39,531 nt of DNA, taken from positions 1 to 39,531 of the forward strand of contig JACMMG010000015.1 in NCBI GenBank assembly GCA_014379165.1, read 5' to 3'. The notes under the pieces are model-generated. The model was given only the letters and a program-made list of their open reading frames with translations. It was not told the DNA's origin and did not search any database. The DNA comes from Candidatus Parcubacteria bacterium. GTDB lineage: Bacteria; Patescibacteriota; Minisyncoccia; Phycocordibacterales; SBAW01. The translations under genes and the position numbers were made by a program. Positions 8,897 through 16,809 of this stretch are shown here, in pieces (position 1 is the stretch's first letter; each line of letters starts with the position of its first letter).

Positions 8897-9499
8897 TCAG
8901 TTCATCGCAGTTCTCTCTGGTCGCGGTCGTGGAAGGCGGGCTACAGTACGATCTACGTCCGCTGAAGTTGTGGCTGCTGGGGTATAACATTTTTGGCTCG
9001 TTCCTCGCCACCATTCCGGGGCGGAACGATGAGGACGGTAGAAGTCGTGATTCCATCGCGTCTCGACGAATATGGTATTGCGATCAAACCAACACGTTCC
9101 TCCCGGGCCTGCGGCACTCGAATTCTTGTAGAAGCGCACTGAGGAATTGCATGCCCTGGCTATACTTCCGGAACGAGTGCCTTTCGCAATCTGCCACGCA
9201 ATCTGCATCGCGTGGTGATCGGTCGGAATCGAAGGATGTTCCCACCACGAGAACTCCGCCGTCTCTCTGCCGTCTTCACGTATGTTTTTCTTGAATACAA
9301 CACTGCGAATACTCGGCCCGCCAAAATAATACTTGTTATCGTAGGCACGGTCGAGAGTCACGTATGCAATGCAGATCTGACCTTCTTTTGGCTCCCCTCT
9401 CGCTTCGTGATAAATGTTGGCCGCCAAAAACGCGGTCTCGAACTTTTCATTGATCTGCACGCTCCAAACAAGGGAGAGCGCAAGAAGATATTCGAACAT
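8897..9499 (-). CDS. cell wall hydrolase, SleB/CwlJ (Hydrolase_2)-like
   Basis: N-terminal signal-like segment, then AANIYHEARGEPKEGQICIAYVTLDRA ... VVFKK ... EFSWW, resembling the SleB-family core. Confidence 0.7.
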   Translation of the reverse strand: MFEYLLALSLVWSVQINEKFETAFLAANIYHEARGEPKEGQICIAYVTLDRAYDNKYYFGGPSIRSVVFKKNIREDGRETAEFSWWEHPSIPTDHHAMQIAWQIAKGTRSGSIARACNSSVRFYKNSSAAGPGGTCWFDRNTIFVETRWNHDFYRPHRSAPEWWRGTSQKCYTPAATTSADVDRTVARLPRPRPERTAMN

Positions 9500-9600
9500 C
9501 GCGTCCTCCCTTTCACAGGTGCGGTTTCTAGTTTAAGTACTCCGTATACTTTTTTTCACATTCTGACAGGTTGTGCAAGTGGTATAATATTGTGCGACGT

Positions 9601-10512
9601 ATGGCTAGTGGTGATTTGAAATCTCTTAAAACGCAGTTCCTCGAATATCTCGAGATAGAAAAGGGTCGCTCTGTAAAAACGGTCGAAAATTACGACCGCT
9701 ACATCGACCGTTTTTTGCAGCACAGTAAGATAACCTTTCCCGCAAAGCTGACCGAAACCTCTGTGCGCGAGTTCCGCTTGCACTTAAACCGCCAAGCGGG
9801 CACTTCTGGCACAATGAAGCACAAAACGCAGAACTATTACCTCATTGCCATACGCGCGTTTCTTAAATTTTTGCGAAAGCGTGAGATTGAAAGCCTTAAT
9901 CCCGAGCGCATCGAGCTAGCGAAAGTGGGCGCGCGCGACTTAGACCTCATTACCCACGACGAGCTTAATCGCCTTATGCAAGCGCCCAAGGGGCCAGCGC
10001 TCCAATCGCTTCGGGACAGGGCGATGATGGAACTTCTATTTTCAACCGGTCTACGTGTTTCAGAGCTTGTGGGACTCGACCGCGACCTAGACCTCTCTCG
10101 CGATGAATTTAGCGTGCGTGGCAAAGGTGAAAAAATCCGTGTCGTGTTTCTCTCCCCTACTGCAAAAACGGCGATTAAGCACTATTTAGACAAACGCACC
10201 GACCTCGATAATGCGCTCTTTGTTCAGATGGGAAAAGCGGTAAAAAGCGCTAAAGAGCTACGTCTTACCTCCCGCTCGGTAGAGCGCTTAGTCAAACGTC
10301 ATGCGATTAAGGCTGGAATTACCCGCAAAGTGACCCCACACGTCATTCGGCACTCCTTTGCGACCGATTTGCTTGAAAATGGAGCCGATCTGCGCTCTGT
10401 ACAGGCACTTTTGGGCCATGCCAATATCACCACGACCCAGGTCTATACCCATGTAACAGACAAACACTTGCGGGAAATTCATAAGAACTTCCATGGCAAA
10501 AGGCGCAAATAG
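9601..10512 (+). CDS. xerC: tyrosine recombinase, XerC/XerD family
   Basis: N-terminal SAM-like core-binding domain. Catalytic motifs RHSFAT, LGHANITTTQVYTHV and the R..E box (GLRVSELVGL). Start set to ATG 9601. Confidence 0.9.
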   Translation: MASGDLKSLKTQFLEYLEIEKGRSVKTVENYDRYIDRFLQHSKITFPAKLTETSVREFRLHLNRQAGTSGTMKHKTQNYYLIAIRAFLKFLRKREIESLNPERIELAKVGARDLDLITHDELNRLMQAPKGPALQSLRDRAMMELLFSTGLRVSELVGLDRDLDLSRDEFSVRGKGEKIRVVFLSPTAKTAIKHYLDKRTDLDNALFVQMGKAVKSAKELRLTSRSVERLVKRHAIKAGITRKVTPHVIRHSFATDLLENGADLRSVQALLGHANITTTQVYTHVTDKHLREIHKNFHGKRRK

Positions 10513-10526
10513 AGTATTATGGAGGT

Positions 10527-11354
10527 GTGAAAATCGTCTCGTGGAACGTTAATGGTATACGGGCGGTGCATAAAAAGGGCCTTTTTTTGCCTTTTATTAA
10601 GGAAATACAGCCCGACATCCTCTGCCTGCAGGAAACTAAGGCCGAACAAGGCCAGGCGCAGATAGACCTCCCCGAGTATGAGGAGTATTGGAATTCTGCG
10701 GTTAAAAAAGGATACAGCGGCACTGCTATCTTTGTCAGGACAAAGATAAATAAAAAAGATGTTAATTTTAAGCCGCTTCAGGTGCTTAAGGGTCTTCCTG
10801 AAGCCATCATCAAAAAACATACAATAGAGGCCGACGGCTATGGCGACCCCAATACTGAAGGCCGAGTCCTAGCGGCTGAGTTTAAAGACTTCTGGGTTGT
10901 CACGGTCTACACGCCTAATTCCAAAGACGACCTCTCAAGGCTGGAGCTTCGGCATAAGTACTGGGACCCTGCCTTTCTAAGTTATATAAAGAGCCTGGAG
11001 GCCTCCAAGCCTGTTATATTCTGTGGCGACCTTAACGCCGCTCATACCGAGGACGACTTGGCTAACCCGAAGCAAAATGAAGGTGAACACGGCTTTACTA
11101 AAGAGGAACGTGAAGGCCTCAGCACAATCATAGCTGCAGGGTTTGTAGATTCTTTCCGCCATTTCATTCCGACCGGCAAGGGCCACTATACCTGGTGGAC
11201 GCACTGGGCTAATGCTCGGGTTCGTAACGTGGGTTGGCGTATAGATTACTTTTTTATATCAAAAAAATTGCTCCCGAAGCTTAAAAAAGCTGAAATTTTG
11301 AGCGCCGTCCTGGGCTCTGACCACTGCCCTGTTTTAATTGAATTAAAGGGGTAG
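10527..11354 (+). CDS. xth: exodeoxyribonuclease III
   Basis: GTG start after GGAGG. MKIVSWNVNGIRA..., CLQETK and GSDHCPV are typical of the ExoIII/APE family. Confidence 0.93.
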   Translation: MKIVSWNVNGIRAVHKKGLFLPFIKEIQPDILCLQETKAEQGQAQIDLPEYEEYWNSAVKKGYSGTAIFVRTKINKKDVNFKPLQVLKGLPEAIIKKHTIEADGYGDPNTEGRVLAAEFKDFWVVTVYTPNSKDDLSRLELRHKYWDPAFLSYIKSLEASKPVIFCGDLNAAHTEDDLANPKQNEGEHGFTKEEREGLSTIIAAGFVDSFRHFIPTGKGHYTWWTHWANARVRNVGWRIDYFFISKKLLPKLKKAEILSAVLGSDHCPVLIELKG

Positions 11355-11633
11355 AAACAATAAAGCCGCCGGAGCGACAATGAGATCTAGTCACAAAACG
11401 GCGGCTTTTTTTGAGCCGGTGTTATGTCGAGCGATCTGTTATTTCCCACCCAGGATGATGTGAAGTAACGTTCGGGCTAATACAGTTACTACTTTGTCCA
11501 ACAATGATGTTTGGGTGCGAGTATCTGTACTAAGTATCCGAGATCGATCCGCATAACGGCTCGAGCATGCTCATGAAAGAACGTCTTTCGCAACTCCCGA
11601 TCAGAGTTTCGCAGGGCAACGGAACTCAGTTTC

Positions 11634-11688
11634 CCTGACCTTCAAAATTTAGTCGAACTCTTTTCTCAACTAAATTTTGAAGGTCAGG
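11634..11688. repeat. perfect 20-bp inverted repeat (hairpin) in long non-coding gap
   Basis: CCTGACCTTCAAAATTTAGT (11634-11653) and its exact reverse complement (11669-11688), with a 15-nt loop. Confidence 0.85.
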
Positions 11689-11805
11689 AGTGTCAATCAG
11701 TAATTTGAAAGTTTGTCTGCTACTCATCGTACTCTCATCAAGGACACTGTAAAGGACATTTGCTGTGGATAAGTATTTCATTAAAGGACAATACCTATAA
11801 AAGCT

Positions 11806-13281
11806 TTAATCTACAAAGTATTTTTGCCGTATCTCTTTTATGTCTTTTTCTTCTTCTTCATCTTTTCTTCCCTTCCCTTCCTCCCCTTTTGTCTTTAGTT
11901 CATCATCCGAACATGCAGATAATTCGACCGCTTTTTTTTCTAAATAGTCCTCCGTATTTTTAGCAGGATCATCTAAAACCTCTTCCAAAAGTGCGTGGAG
12001 AGTCCACCCGATGCGCGGTCCGGGCTTTTGAAGTGTAACTTCCATTAGTCTCTTCCCATCGATCTTGAGCATAGAAACAGAAATAGGGTCTCGCAGTGCT
12101 TGATCAATCATTGACTGGTATTTTCGAAGTCGAAAAGGTTGCTCTTTTGGCCTCCCGGTACCTATCCGGTCGCAAATTCGTAGTTCTATGAGCTCTTCAA
12201 TATTCTCCCTGCCTACGTTTCGGATGACTCTCCGGACTGCGGATAAAGTTACCTGATCGGGATCTGAAAAGAACATGTGCCAGCGAACCAGTTTTTGTAC
12301 CTTATCGATTGTTTCCCGTGAAAACTTCAGATTCTCCAGGATTTTACTTGTCATTCTTGCTCCAACGACGTCGTGTCCGTGGAAGGTCCAGTCCTTCTTT
12401 TCTTCCGACCACTTTCGTACCTTGGGTTTCCCTATGTCATGAAACAGGGCAGCAAGTCTTACCTCGAACTCCCAGCCTTTGTCAGCGGCATGCTGGAGGG
12501 ACCGCAGGTTATGTTCGAACACGTCGAAGCTGTGAGCCTGGTTTTGGGCAATCCCAATCCCCTGCTCTATTTCTGGTGCTATGTACTTTAGAACCCCAAT
12601 ACCTTGTGCAAAGACAAGTGCTTTCATAGGCTTCTGGGAGCTAAGGATCCTTACGAACTCTTCTCTGATCCTTTCTTTGGAGATCTTTTCAAGCTGAGAG
12701 GCGTTTTGTGCCATAGCTTTTTTTGTCTCCTCTTCTATCGAAAAGTCGAGCTCCGCCGAAAGCCGTACAGCTCGTAGTATGCGCAAAGCGTCTTCCCCAA
12801 AGCGAGCCTCCGGGTTCCCCACTGCTCTGACTATATTGTCCTTTATGTCCTTTAAACCCTCATATAGGTCAACCAGGTCGTTTGTAGAGGGATTATAGGC
12901 CAAGGCATTGATCGTGAAGTCTCGCCTCTTAAGATCTTCTGCGAGTGTTTTGGCAAAAATAACTTCATCCGGGCGTCTGGCATCACTATACTTCCCTTCT
13001 AGTCTATAAGGAGTAACCTCTATCACTTTTAGGGTTGAGTCTTCTACTTCCTCATTTACTACCCCAACAGTGCCAAATTCATTAGTGTAAAAAGTATTTT
13101 CAAAGCAAGCTTGAATCTGCTCTGGGGTGGCATTGGTAGTTATATCCCAGTCTTTTGGCTTTTTCTCTAAAAGGAGGTCCCGTACGCACCCCCCTACTAT
13201 AAAAGCCTCAAATCCTTGTTTTTCAAGGGTTTTCACGACATTGAGCACTTCATGAGGTATTTGGCTTTGAGACACTTGCAT
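11806..13281 (-). CDS. cca: CCA-adding tRNA nucleotidyltransferase with HD domain
   Basis: FEAFIVGGCVRDLLL..KDWDITT polymerase-beta head, tRNA-NT body, HD motif (LFHDIGKP). 491 aa. Confidence 0.9.
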   Translation of the reverse strand: MQVSQSQIPHEVLNVVKTLEKQGFEAFIVGGCVRDLLLEKKPKDWDITTNATPEQIQACFENTFYTNEFGTVGVVNEEVEDSTLKVIEVTPYRLEGKYSDARRPDEVIFAKTLAEDLKRRDFTINALAYNPSTNDLVDLYEGLKDIKDNIVRAVGNPEARFGEDALRILRAVRLSAELDFSIEEETKKAMAQNASQLEKISKERIREEFVRILSSQKPMKALVFAQGIGVLKYIAPEIEQGIGIAQNQAHSFDVFEHNLRSLQHAADKGWEFEVRLAALFHDIGKPKVRKWSEEKKDWTFHGHDVVGARMTSKILENLKFSRETIDKVQKLVRWHMFFSDPDQVTLSAVRRVIRNVGRENIEELIELRICDRIGTGRPKEQPFRLRKYQSMIDQALRDPISVSMLKIDGKRLMEVTLQKPGPRIGWTLHALLEEVLDDPAKNTEDYLEKKAVELSACSDDELKTKGEEGKGRKDEEEEKDIKEIRQKYFVD

Positions 13282-13318
13282 GGCACAATCGTAACACGCC
13301 TGCCTAGTAGACAGACAG

Positions 13319-13390
13319 GCTCCTGTGGTGAAATGGATATCTTCGCTGCCTTCGAAGCAGTTGTTGGGGGTTCGACTCCCTCCGGGAGCA
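13319..13390 (+). tRNA. tRNA-Arg (anticodon UCG), no encoded CCA
   Basis: Hand-folded 72-nt cloverleaf. Acceptor GCTCCTG/CGGGAGC (one G-U). Anticodon stem GCTGC/GCAGT with loop CTTCGAA (U33, A37). T arm GGGGG-TTCGACT-CCCTC. The D stem is weak. An alternative Gly-GCC fold is less canonical. Confidence 0.7.
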
Positions 13391-13414
13391 CAAGCGTAGC
13401 GTAGTGCGACCGGA

Positions 13415-13437
13415 AAAAGCCAATTGATTGGCTTTTT
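13415..13437 (+). terminator. hairpin/terminator after tRNA-Arg
   Basis: AAAAGCCAA-TTGA-TTGGCTTTT, a 9-bp stem ending in a T-run. Confidence 0.5.
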
Positions 13438-13599
13438 AGGGATTCGAAAGGCGGAAGCTTATTGCATCAGCAGATGCAATGCTGAGCCGGGGTCGCGAGC
13501 GACTTTTTCGACGGAAAAAGTCGACTTGTGACCGAATTCCCTTCCAAAGCAGCATTTGTTGGAGAATTTCATAGAACAAGCTAGAATTGCTCTGTTCTT

Positions 13600-13670
13600 G
13601 CGGCCATAGTTTAGGGGTATGACGGCTCCTTGCCAAGGAGCAGACGCGAGTTCGATTCTCGCTGGCCGCA
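13600..13670 (+). tRNA. tRNA-Gly (anticodon GCC), no encoded CCA
   Basis: Acceptor GCGGCCA/TGGCCGC. Anticodon arm GCTCC-TTGCCAA-GGAGC. T arm GCGAG-TTCGATT-CTCGC. 71 nt. Confidence 0.88.
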
Positions 13671-13813
13671 CTGGGAAATAGGAGTTTTAAAGGACTTCCC
13701 TCGCTTCACTTGTGGATAACATTGGGGACATGTGCATAAAAGACACTTTTGTGTCCTGTAGAAGGTCCTTTATGTTTCATATGAAACGTTTTCACGTGAA
13801 AATGCCTTAAAAT

Positions 13814-14230
13814 ATGACCCCATCCCCTAAAAGGAAAATTGGTGACACGGGAGAAGAAATAGCATGTAAGTTTCTCCAAAAAAAAGGCTATAAAATCGTG
13901 GAAAGAAACTACTGGAAGCCTTGGGGAGAGATAGATATCGTCGCCCAAAAGCCGAAATCACTAGTATTTGTCGAAGTAAAATCCGTTTCACGTGAAATTG
14001 AAGTAAAGGGTGGTTCACGTGAAATCACCCTTAGGGAAGGGAATGAAGAGATGCGGCCCGAAGAGAACATGCATCCGGAAAAGCTCAAACGTCTTCACAG
14101 AGCAATACAAACGTACCTATTAGAACGTAAAATTTCTGAAGATAGGATGTGGCAGATTGATTTAGTTTGTGTCTTTTTAGATTTTTCGACTAAAAAGGCT
14201 AAGGTGGAGTTATTAGAAAACATAAGTTAA
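13814..14230 (+). CDS. yraN: YraN-family (UPF0102) endonuclease-like protein
   Basis: GDTGEEIACKFLQKKGYKIVERNYWKPWGEIDIVAQ...LVFVEVKS matches the YraN core. It carries an insertion relative to short family members. Confidence 0.85.
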   Translation: MTPSPKRKIGDTGEEIACKFLQKKGYKIVERNYWKPWGEIDIVAQKPKSLVFVEVKSVSREIEVKGGSREITLREGNEEMRPEENMHPEKLKRLHRAIQTYLLERKISEDRMWQIDLVCVFLDFSTKKAKVELLENIS

Positions 14231-14288
14231 GGGAACACTTATGCCTATTCGATAGGCGAAGGGAACACTTATGCTAAGTACTCTCGCG
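14229..14288 (+). repeat. two tandem 30-nt units sharing AAGGGAACACTTATGC
   Basis: Unit 1 is 14229-14258 and unit 2 is 14259-14288, with an identical 16-mer at the start of each. A degenerate third unit starts at 14289. The motif recurs at 30407-30426. Confidence 0.8.
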
Positions 14289-14405
14289 AAGGGTATATGT
14301 ACCCCATGCAAAGCGGCATAAAGGACAAATCTGTTTTCTGTGTTAGATTAATAGTCACCCAGGCGTCGCATATTAGTAGCGCTTGCGTGAGGTGAAAAAT
14401 TTATT

Positions 14406-14479
14406 CGGGGCGTCGTATACCGGTAGTACGCTTGCTTTGGGAGCAAGATGACCCAGTCCGATTCTGGGCGCCCCGACCA
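14406..14479 (+). tRNA. tRNA-Pro (anticodon UGG), CCA encoded
   Basis: Acceptor CGGGGCG/CGCCCCG. Anticodon arm CTTGC-TTTGGGA-GCAAG (G37). T arm CCCAG-TCCGATT-CTGGG, with an unusual C at the position normally U55. Followed by A-CCA. Confidence 0.8.
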
Positions 14480-14489
14480 ATAGAAAAAT

Positions 14490-15362
14490 ATGGAACGCTT
14501 TGTTTTAACTACTAAGAGTTCGAGCGATTATGAACTTCTCGACTCCGGAGGAGAGGAAAAGCTCGAACGGTATGGCGGCGCGCTCCTTACAAGGCCTGAT
14601 CCGCAAGCCCTTTGGAGCAAACACCTGTCGGAAGCAGAGTGGGCAAAGTCAGATGGAAGGTTTGTGCGCGAAGGAGGGGAGGGGAGATGGAATGTAAAAG
14701 CAGAACTTCCAAAGGAATGGCAGATCAGCTTCGGTGGTCTGCAGTTTTTCATCCGTCCGACGTCTTTTAAACATACGGGCCTTTTTCCTGAACAGCTTCC
14801 AAATTGGGAGTGGGGAAGAGAGCTTATAAAAAATGCCAACCGCCCTATTTCTGTTTTAAATTTATTCGGCTACACGGGTGGAGCGTCGCTTGCCGCTGCA
14901 CAGGCTGGCTCTTCAGTCGTACATGTAGACGCGTCAAAAACAGCTGTGGCGTGGGCCCGTCAGAATGCAGAGGCCTCAGGGTTAGGGGATAAACCCATTC
15001 GTTGGATCGTGGAAGATGCGTTGACCTTCGTAAAGCGTGAAATAAAGCGGGGAAATAAATATGACGCAATTATTATGGACCCGCCAGCATTCGGCCACGG
15101 TCCAAAAGATGAATTATGGAAAATTGAAGAAGATTTCGTCGCCTTCGTTGAATTGTGTACTCAGCTTTTAAGCGACAATCCGCTATTTGTCTTGGTAAAC
15201 GGCTATGCTGCGGGGTATTCGTCTTTTGCATTTGCGTATAATCTTGATGCTCTTAACAAAAAGTTTGGAGGAAAAGTAGAACACGGCGATCTTACAATTG
15301 AAGAGAAGACGACTGGTCGGCTACTACCATGCGGCATTTTCGCCCGGTGGCAGAGAATTTGA
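14490..15362 (+). CDS. class I SAM-dependent methyltransferase (RlmI/PF10672-like)
   Basis: VLNLFGYTGGASLAAAQAGSSVVHVDASKTAVAWARQNAEASGL ... YDAIIMDPPAFG are typical SAM-binding and catalytic motifs. Confidence 0.85.
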   Translation: MERFVLTTKSSSDYELLDSGGEEKLERYGGALLTRPDPQALWSKHLSEAEWAKSDGRFVREGGEGRWNVKAELPKEWQISFGGLQFFIRPTSFKHTGLFPEQLPNWEWGRELIKNANRPISVLNLFGYTGGASLAAAQAGSSVVHVDASKTAVAWARQNAEASGLGDKPIRWIVEDALTFVKREIKRGNKYDAIIMDPPAFGHGPKDELWKIEEDFVAFVELCTQLLSDNPLFVLVNGYAAGYSSFAFAYNLDALNKKFGGKVEHGDLTIEEKTTGRLLPCGIFARWQRI

Positions 15363-15385
15363 TATAGTAGCGAAGCGTTTACATA

Positions 15386-15456
15386 GCGGGATTAGTTTAG
15401 TGGTAAAACGACAGTTTTCCAAACTGTAGTTGGGAGTTCGATTCTCCCATCCCGCA
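15386..15456 (+). tRNA. tRNA-Gly (anticodon UCC), no encoded CCA
   Basis: Acceptor GCGGGAT/ATCCCGC. Anticodon arm ACAGT-TTTCCAA-ACTGT. T arm GGGAG-TTCGATT-CTCCC. 71 nt. Confidence 0.88.
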
Positions 15457-15577
15457 CACGTAGTTTGCCTGCCAAACGTAGTGGCAGGGATGGAAGAATC
15501 GAAAGGCACAGCGGGGCACCCATCCCGCACATGTTGGGGTTAATTTAATAAATTATGCTTTGTGATAGAGTTTAAAT

Positions 15578-15904
15578 ATGGAAAAACTCACCTTAGAACA
15601 ACTTTCGACGCTAATTTTAGAACAGGCAAAAGAAAAAGGCTTCGGGACAAAGCCGGAAGAGATAAATGTTGCGGAAAAAATTGCTCTTATACACTCGGAA
15701 GTATCAGAGGCTTTTGACGCGTATCGTCATAAAAACATGCAGGGAGCTCATGGCTTCCAAGAAGAAATGGGGGATGTCCTCCAGAGGATTCTTCATTTGT
15801 GTGGTGTGTTAAATGTTGATGTCGGTGAAGCTATTTTAGAGAAGCTTGAATACAATAAAGCGCGAAAGTGGGATTGGGAGAAAATCAATGAACAACATTC
15901 CTAA
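15578..15904 (+). CDS. MazG-like nucleotide pyrophosphohydrolase domain protein
   Basis: 108 aa, all-alpha, with EVSEAFDAYR and EEMGDVLQRILHL (EXXE...EXXD-type metal motifs). Confidence 0.8.
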   Translation: MEKLTLEQLSTLILEQAKEKGFGTKPEEINVAEKIALIHSEVSEAFDAYRHKNMQGAHGFQEEMGDVLQRILHLCGVLNVDVGEAILEKLEYNKARKWDWEKINEQHS

Positions 15905-15931
15905 TAAAAATGTCCCGACCGAAATCGGGAC
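15903..15931 (-). terminator. intrinsic terminator after cmk (minus strand)
   Basis: GTCCCGA-loop-TCGGGAC 7-bp stem. On the minus strand it is followed by ATTTTTATTA. Confidence 0.55.
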
Positions 15932-15960
15932 CAAGGTATGAGGGAGAAGTAGGGACGAAG

Positions 15961-16704
15961 CTAGCCCAAACTGCAGAAAGCGCAAAAAAGTCTGCGCACT
16001 GCTTCTTCGGGAGTTGTGTCATTCCGCAGACGATAGAGCACGCCAGATCGCGACCTCGTTTCTGTGTCGAGCATGGCACCCTCTTCCGGCGGAAGAGTGC
16101 CGCTTTCACGGTCTCGGTTGTCTCGTTCGAGTTCATCCTGCACCAGTTGATCGACATAATGCTCTGGCCGACCTCTGGATTGAAAATGCTCGACTAAACG
16201 CTGTCTCTGCACTTCTTTCGACACGGAAAGATTAACAGCGAGTGAAGGTACATCCGGCAGTCCTGCGGCGATCTTAAGCGAATCCCTGGCGCCTAAAATA
16301 GCATGCGTACCACTTCTACTGAGCGTACGCACGTGTTGAGATACGGCGGCGAAAATGAACCTCTTGTACGCTGGAGAAGTCGCGGCGAAACGACTGCCGA
16401 GTGATGCTACTTCAGGCTTCTGGTACTCATCCTCGGCGTATGTCGTCCTTGCGAGCCCCCTTACGATACCGACCCGCGAGTGCTCAAGAGAAAGAACTAC
16501 TCCTTCGAAGGTATCAGCTGGCAATGGCAACTCTGGTGAGTTGCCCCGCTCATACACCCAAAGTGCCACTGAACGGAATACTGCCGTGCCGCTTATGCAC
16601 GATGCCCCAGCACCGGTCTCGGTGATTCTCTTTTGAAGTAGCGACGCAAGGGTATCTTTGCCGCATTTTGCGGGCCCTGTCAGGGCAACAAATATACCGA
16701 CCAT
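15961..16704 (-). CDS. cmk: cytidylate kinase-like P-loop kinase
   Basis: P-loop GPAKCGKDT, SGTAVFRSVALWV (compare DTGAMYRAVAL), GARDSLKIAAGLPDVP, and ERDNRDRESGTLPPEEGAMLDTE (compare ERD..D..R..aPL...DA..lDt). Aligned by eye to Cmk from memory. Confidence 0.7.
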   Translation of the reverse strand: MVGIFVALTGPAKCGKDTLASLLQKRITETGAGASCISGTAVFRSVALWVYERGNSPELPLPADTFEGVVLSLEHSRVGIVRGLARTTYAEDEYQKPEVASLGSRFAATSPAYKRFIFAAVSQHVRTLSRSGTHAILGARDSLKIAAGLPDVPSLAVNLSVSKEVQRQRLVEHFQSRGRPEHYVDQLVQDELERDNRDRESGTLPPEEGAMLDTETRSRSGVLYRLRNDTTPEEAVRRLFCAFCSLG

Positions 16705-16809
16705 TGAACACCCTCCATGAATGAAGCATCTCGATCGGCGAGCTTTATCTATACAAGCATGAATTTTGTTGAATGTCAGATACGGATAGAGAGAACGTAA
16801 ATATTGGAT

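Noticed and set aside
8609-9056. 79-aa and 112-aa minus-strand ORFs upstream of rpsO
   Set aside because: They overlap each other, the structured rpsO leader and the SleB-like gene's 3' end. Their composition is non-protein-like and they have no SD.
11355-11805. RNase P RNA, tmRNA, SRP RNA or 6S RNA in the long xth-cca gap
   Set aside because: I did not find the conserved signatures I know, such as the GGAAAGTCCGG-type P4 region, a tRNA-like acceptor/T-arm pair with a tag ORF, or the SRP domain IV motif. The region remains unassigned rather than called.
13319-13390. Alternative reading of this tRNA as Gly(GCC)
   Set aside because: That fold gives a pyrimidine at position 37, a 7-nt variable region and a shortened D arm. 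The Arg(UCG) fold has U33/A37 and standard arm lengths.
13436-13671. 66-aa and 70-aa minus-strand ORFs
   Set aside because: They run antisense through tRNA-Gly(GCC) and the structured tRNA spacer.
15324-15530. 68-aa minus-strand ORF
   Set aside because: It is antisense to tRNA-Gly(UCC) and its duplicated 3' end.
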